Origin: Euprymna scolopes
Lineage: Eukaryota
Direction: 5' to 3' (one strand)
NCBI GenBank assembly: GCA_053919585.1
Contig: CM132812.1
Length of the DNA stretch: 64,000 nt
The translations under genes were made by a program, and so were the position numbers. Positions 63,639-64,000 of the stretch are shown here, piece by piece. Position 1 is the stretch's first letter; the number at the start of each line of letters is the position of its first letter. A model generated the notes under the pieces. The model had not been told where the DNA came from. It did not search any database and saw only the letters and a list, made by a program, of their open reading frames with translations.

Positions 63639-64000
63639 GGACAGGATGGTCTGCTGCGTGATAGACGATCCCGTCATCATGAGGTATGGTGAATGGTATG
63701 AATTGAATGGTAGATGGATGGAAAAATTGAAAAAGTAAAAGGTCATATAATGAGGACGAAAATATACCGTTATATATCAGTGAAAGAAATGCAATTTATT
63801 TACATAAATATACATGAAGAAGTGATAGAAAGAACGAGAGTTCGTTAGAATAAGAGTTCGTTACTTGCGATCGGTAGCTGCGAAAGGCTGATTGGCTAGT
63901 CAGGGCTCTGTGGTGGCTCATGCCACCCGCAGTGGTGTTTGTTACATCTTGACTGCTTGAAGGTCCAGCACAAAAGAGGAAGAGATATGGGGAACAGGAA

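Overview
AT-rich eukaryotic DNA, most likely an invertebrate draft scaffold, with 7 N-gaps and many (TA)n tracts. It is dominated by transposable elements. There is no prokaryotic gene organisation and no CRISPR array. Elements seen: (i) CR1-group LINEs in two families. Family A has one near-intact single-ORF copy at about 19.0-22.6 kb broken by a single 2-nt frameshift, plus many 5'-truncated copies; family B is degraded. (ii) Penelope-like (PLE) GIY-YIG remnants. (iii) Tc1/mariner relics and MITEs. (iv) Non-autonomous Helitron-like elements. (v) 5S-rRNA-derived SINEs. (vi) A 33-bp minisatellite and several fold-back palindromes. The only host-gene candidate is an intronless 250-aa orphan ORF (9325-8573, minus strand) with an MGN...CC N-terminus. 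The most striking unannotated system is ribozyme-based. At 36583-36972 (minus strand) a 315-bp unit with a tRNA-derived Pol III promoter is bounded by two direct-repeat type I hammerhead ribozymes with palindromic stem III, one of them fully canonical. This resembles a retrozyme or SM-alpha-like element. Each junction of the element is a fold-back duplication of the flank centred on a (TA)n tract. At least three other unrelated hammerhead families with palindromic stem III sit beside (TA)n tracts elsewhere in the window. All calls were made by eye; no database search was run.
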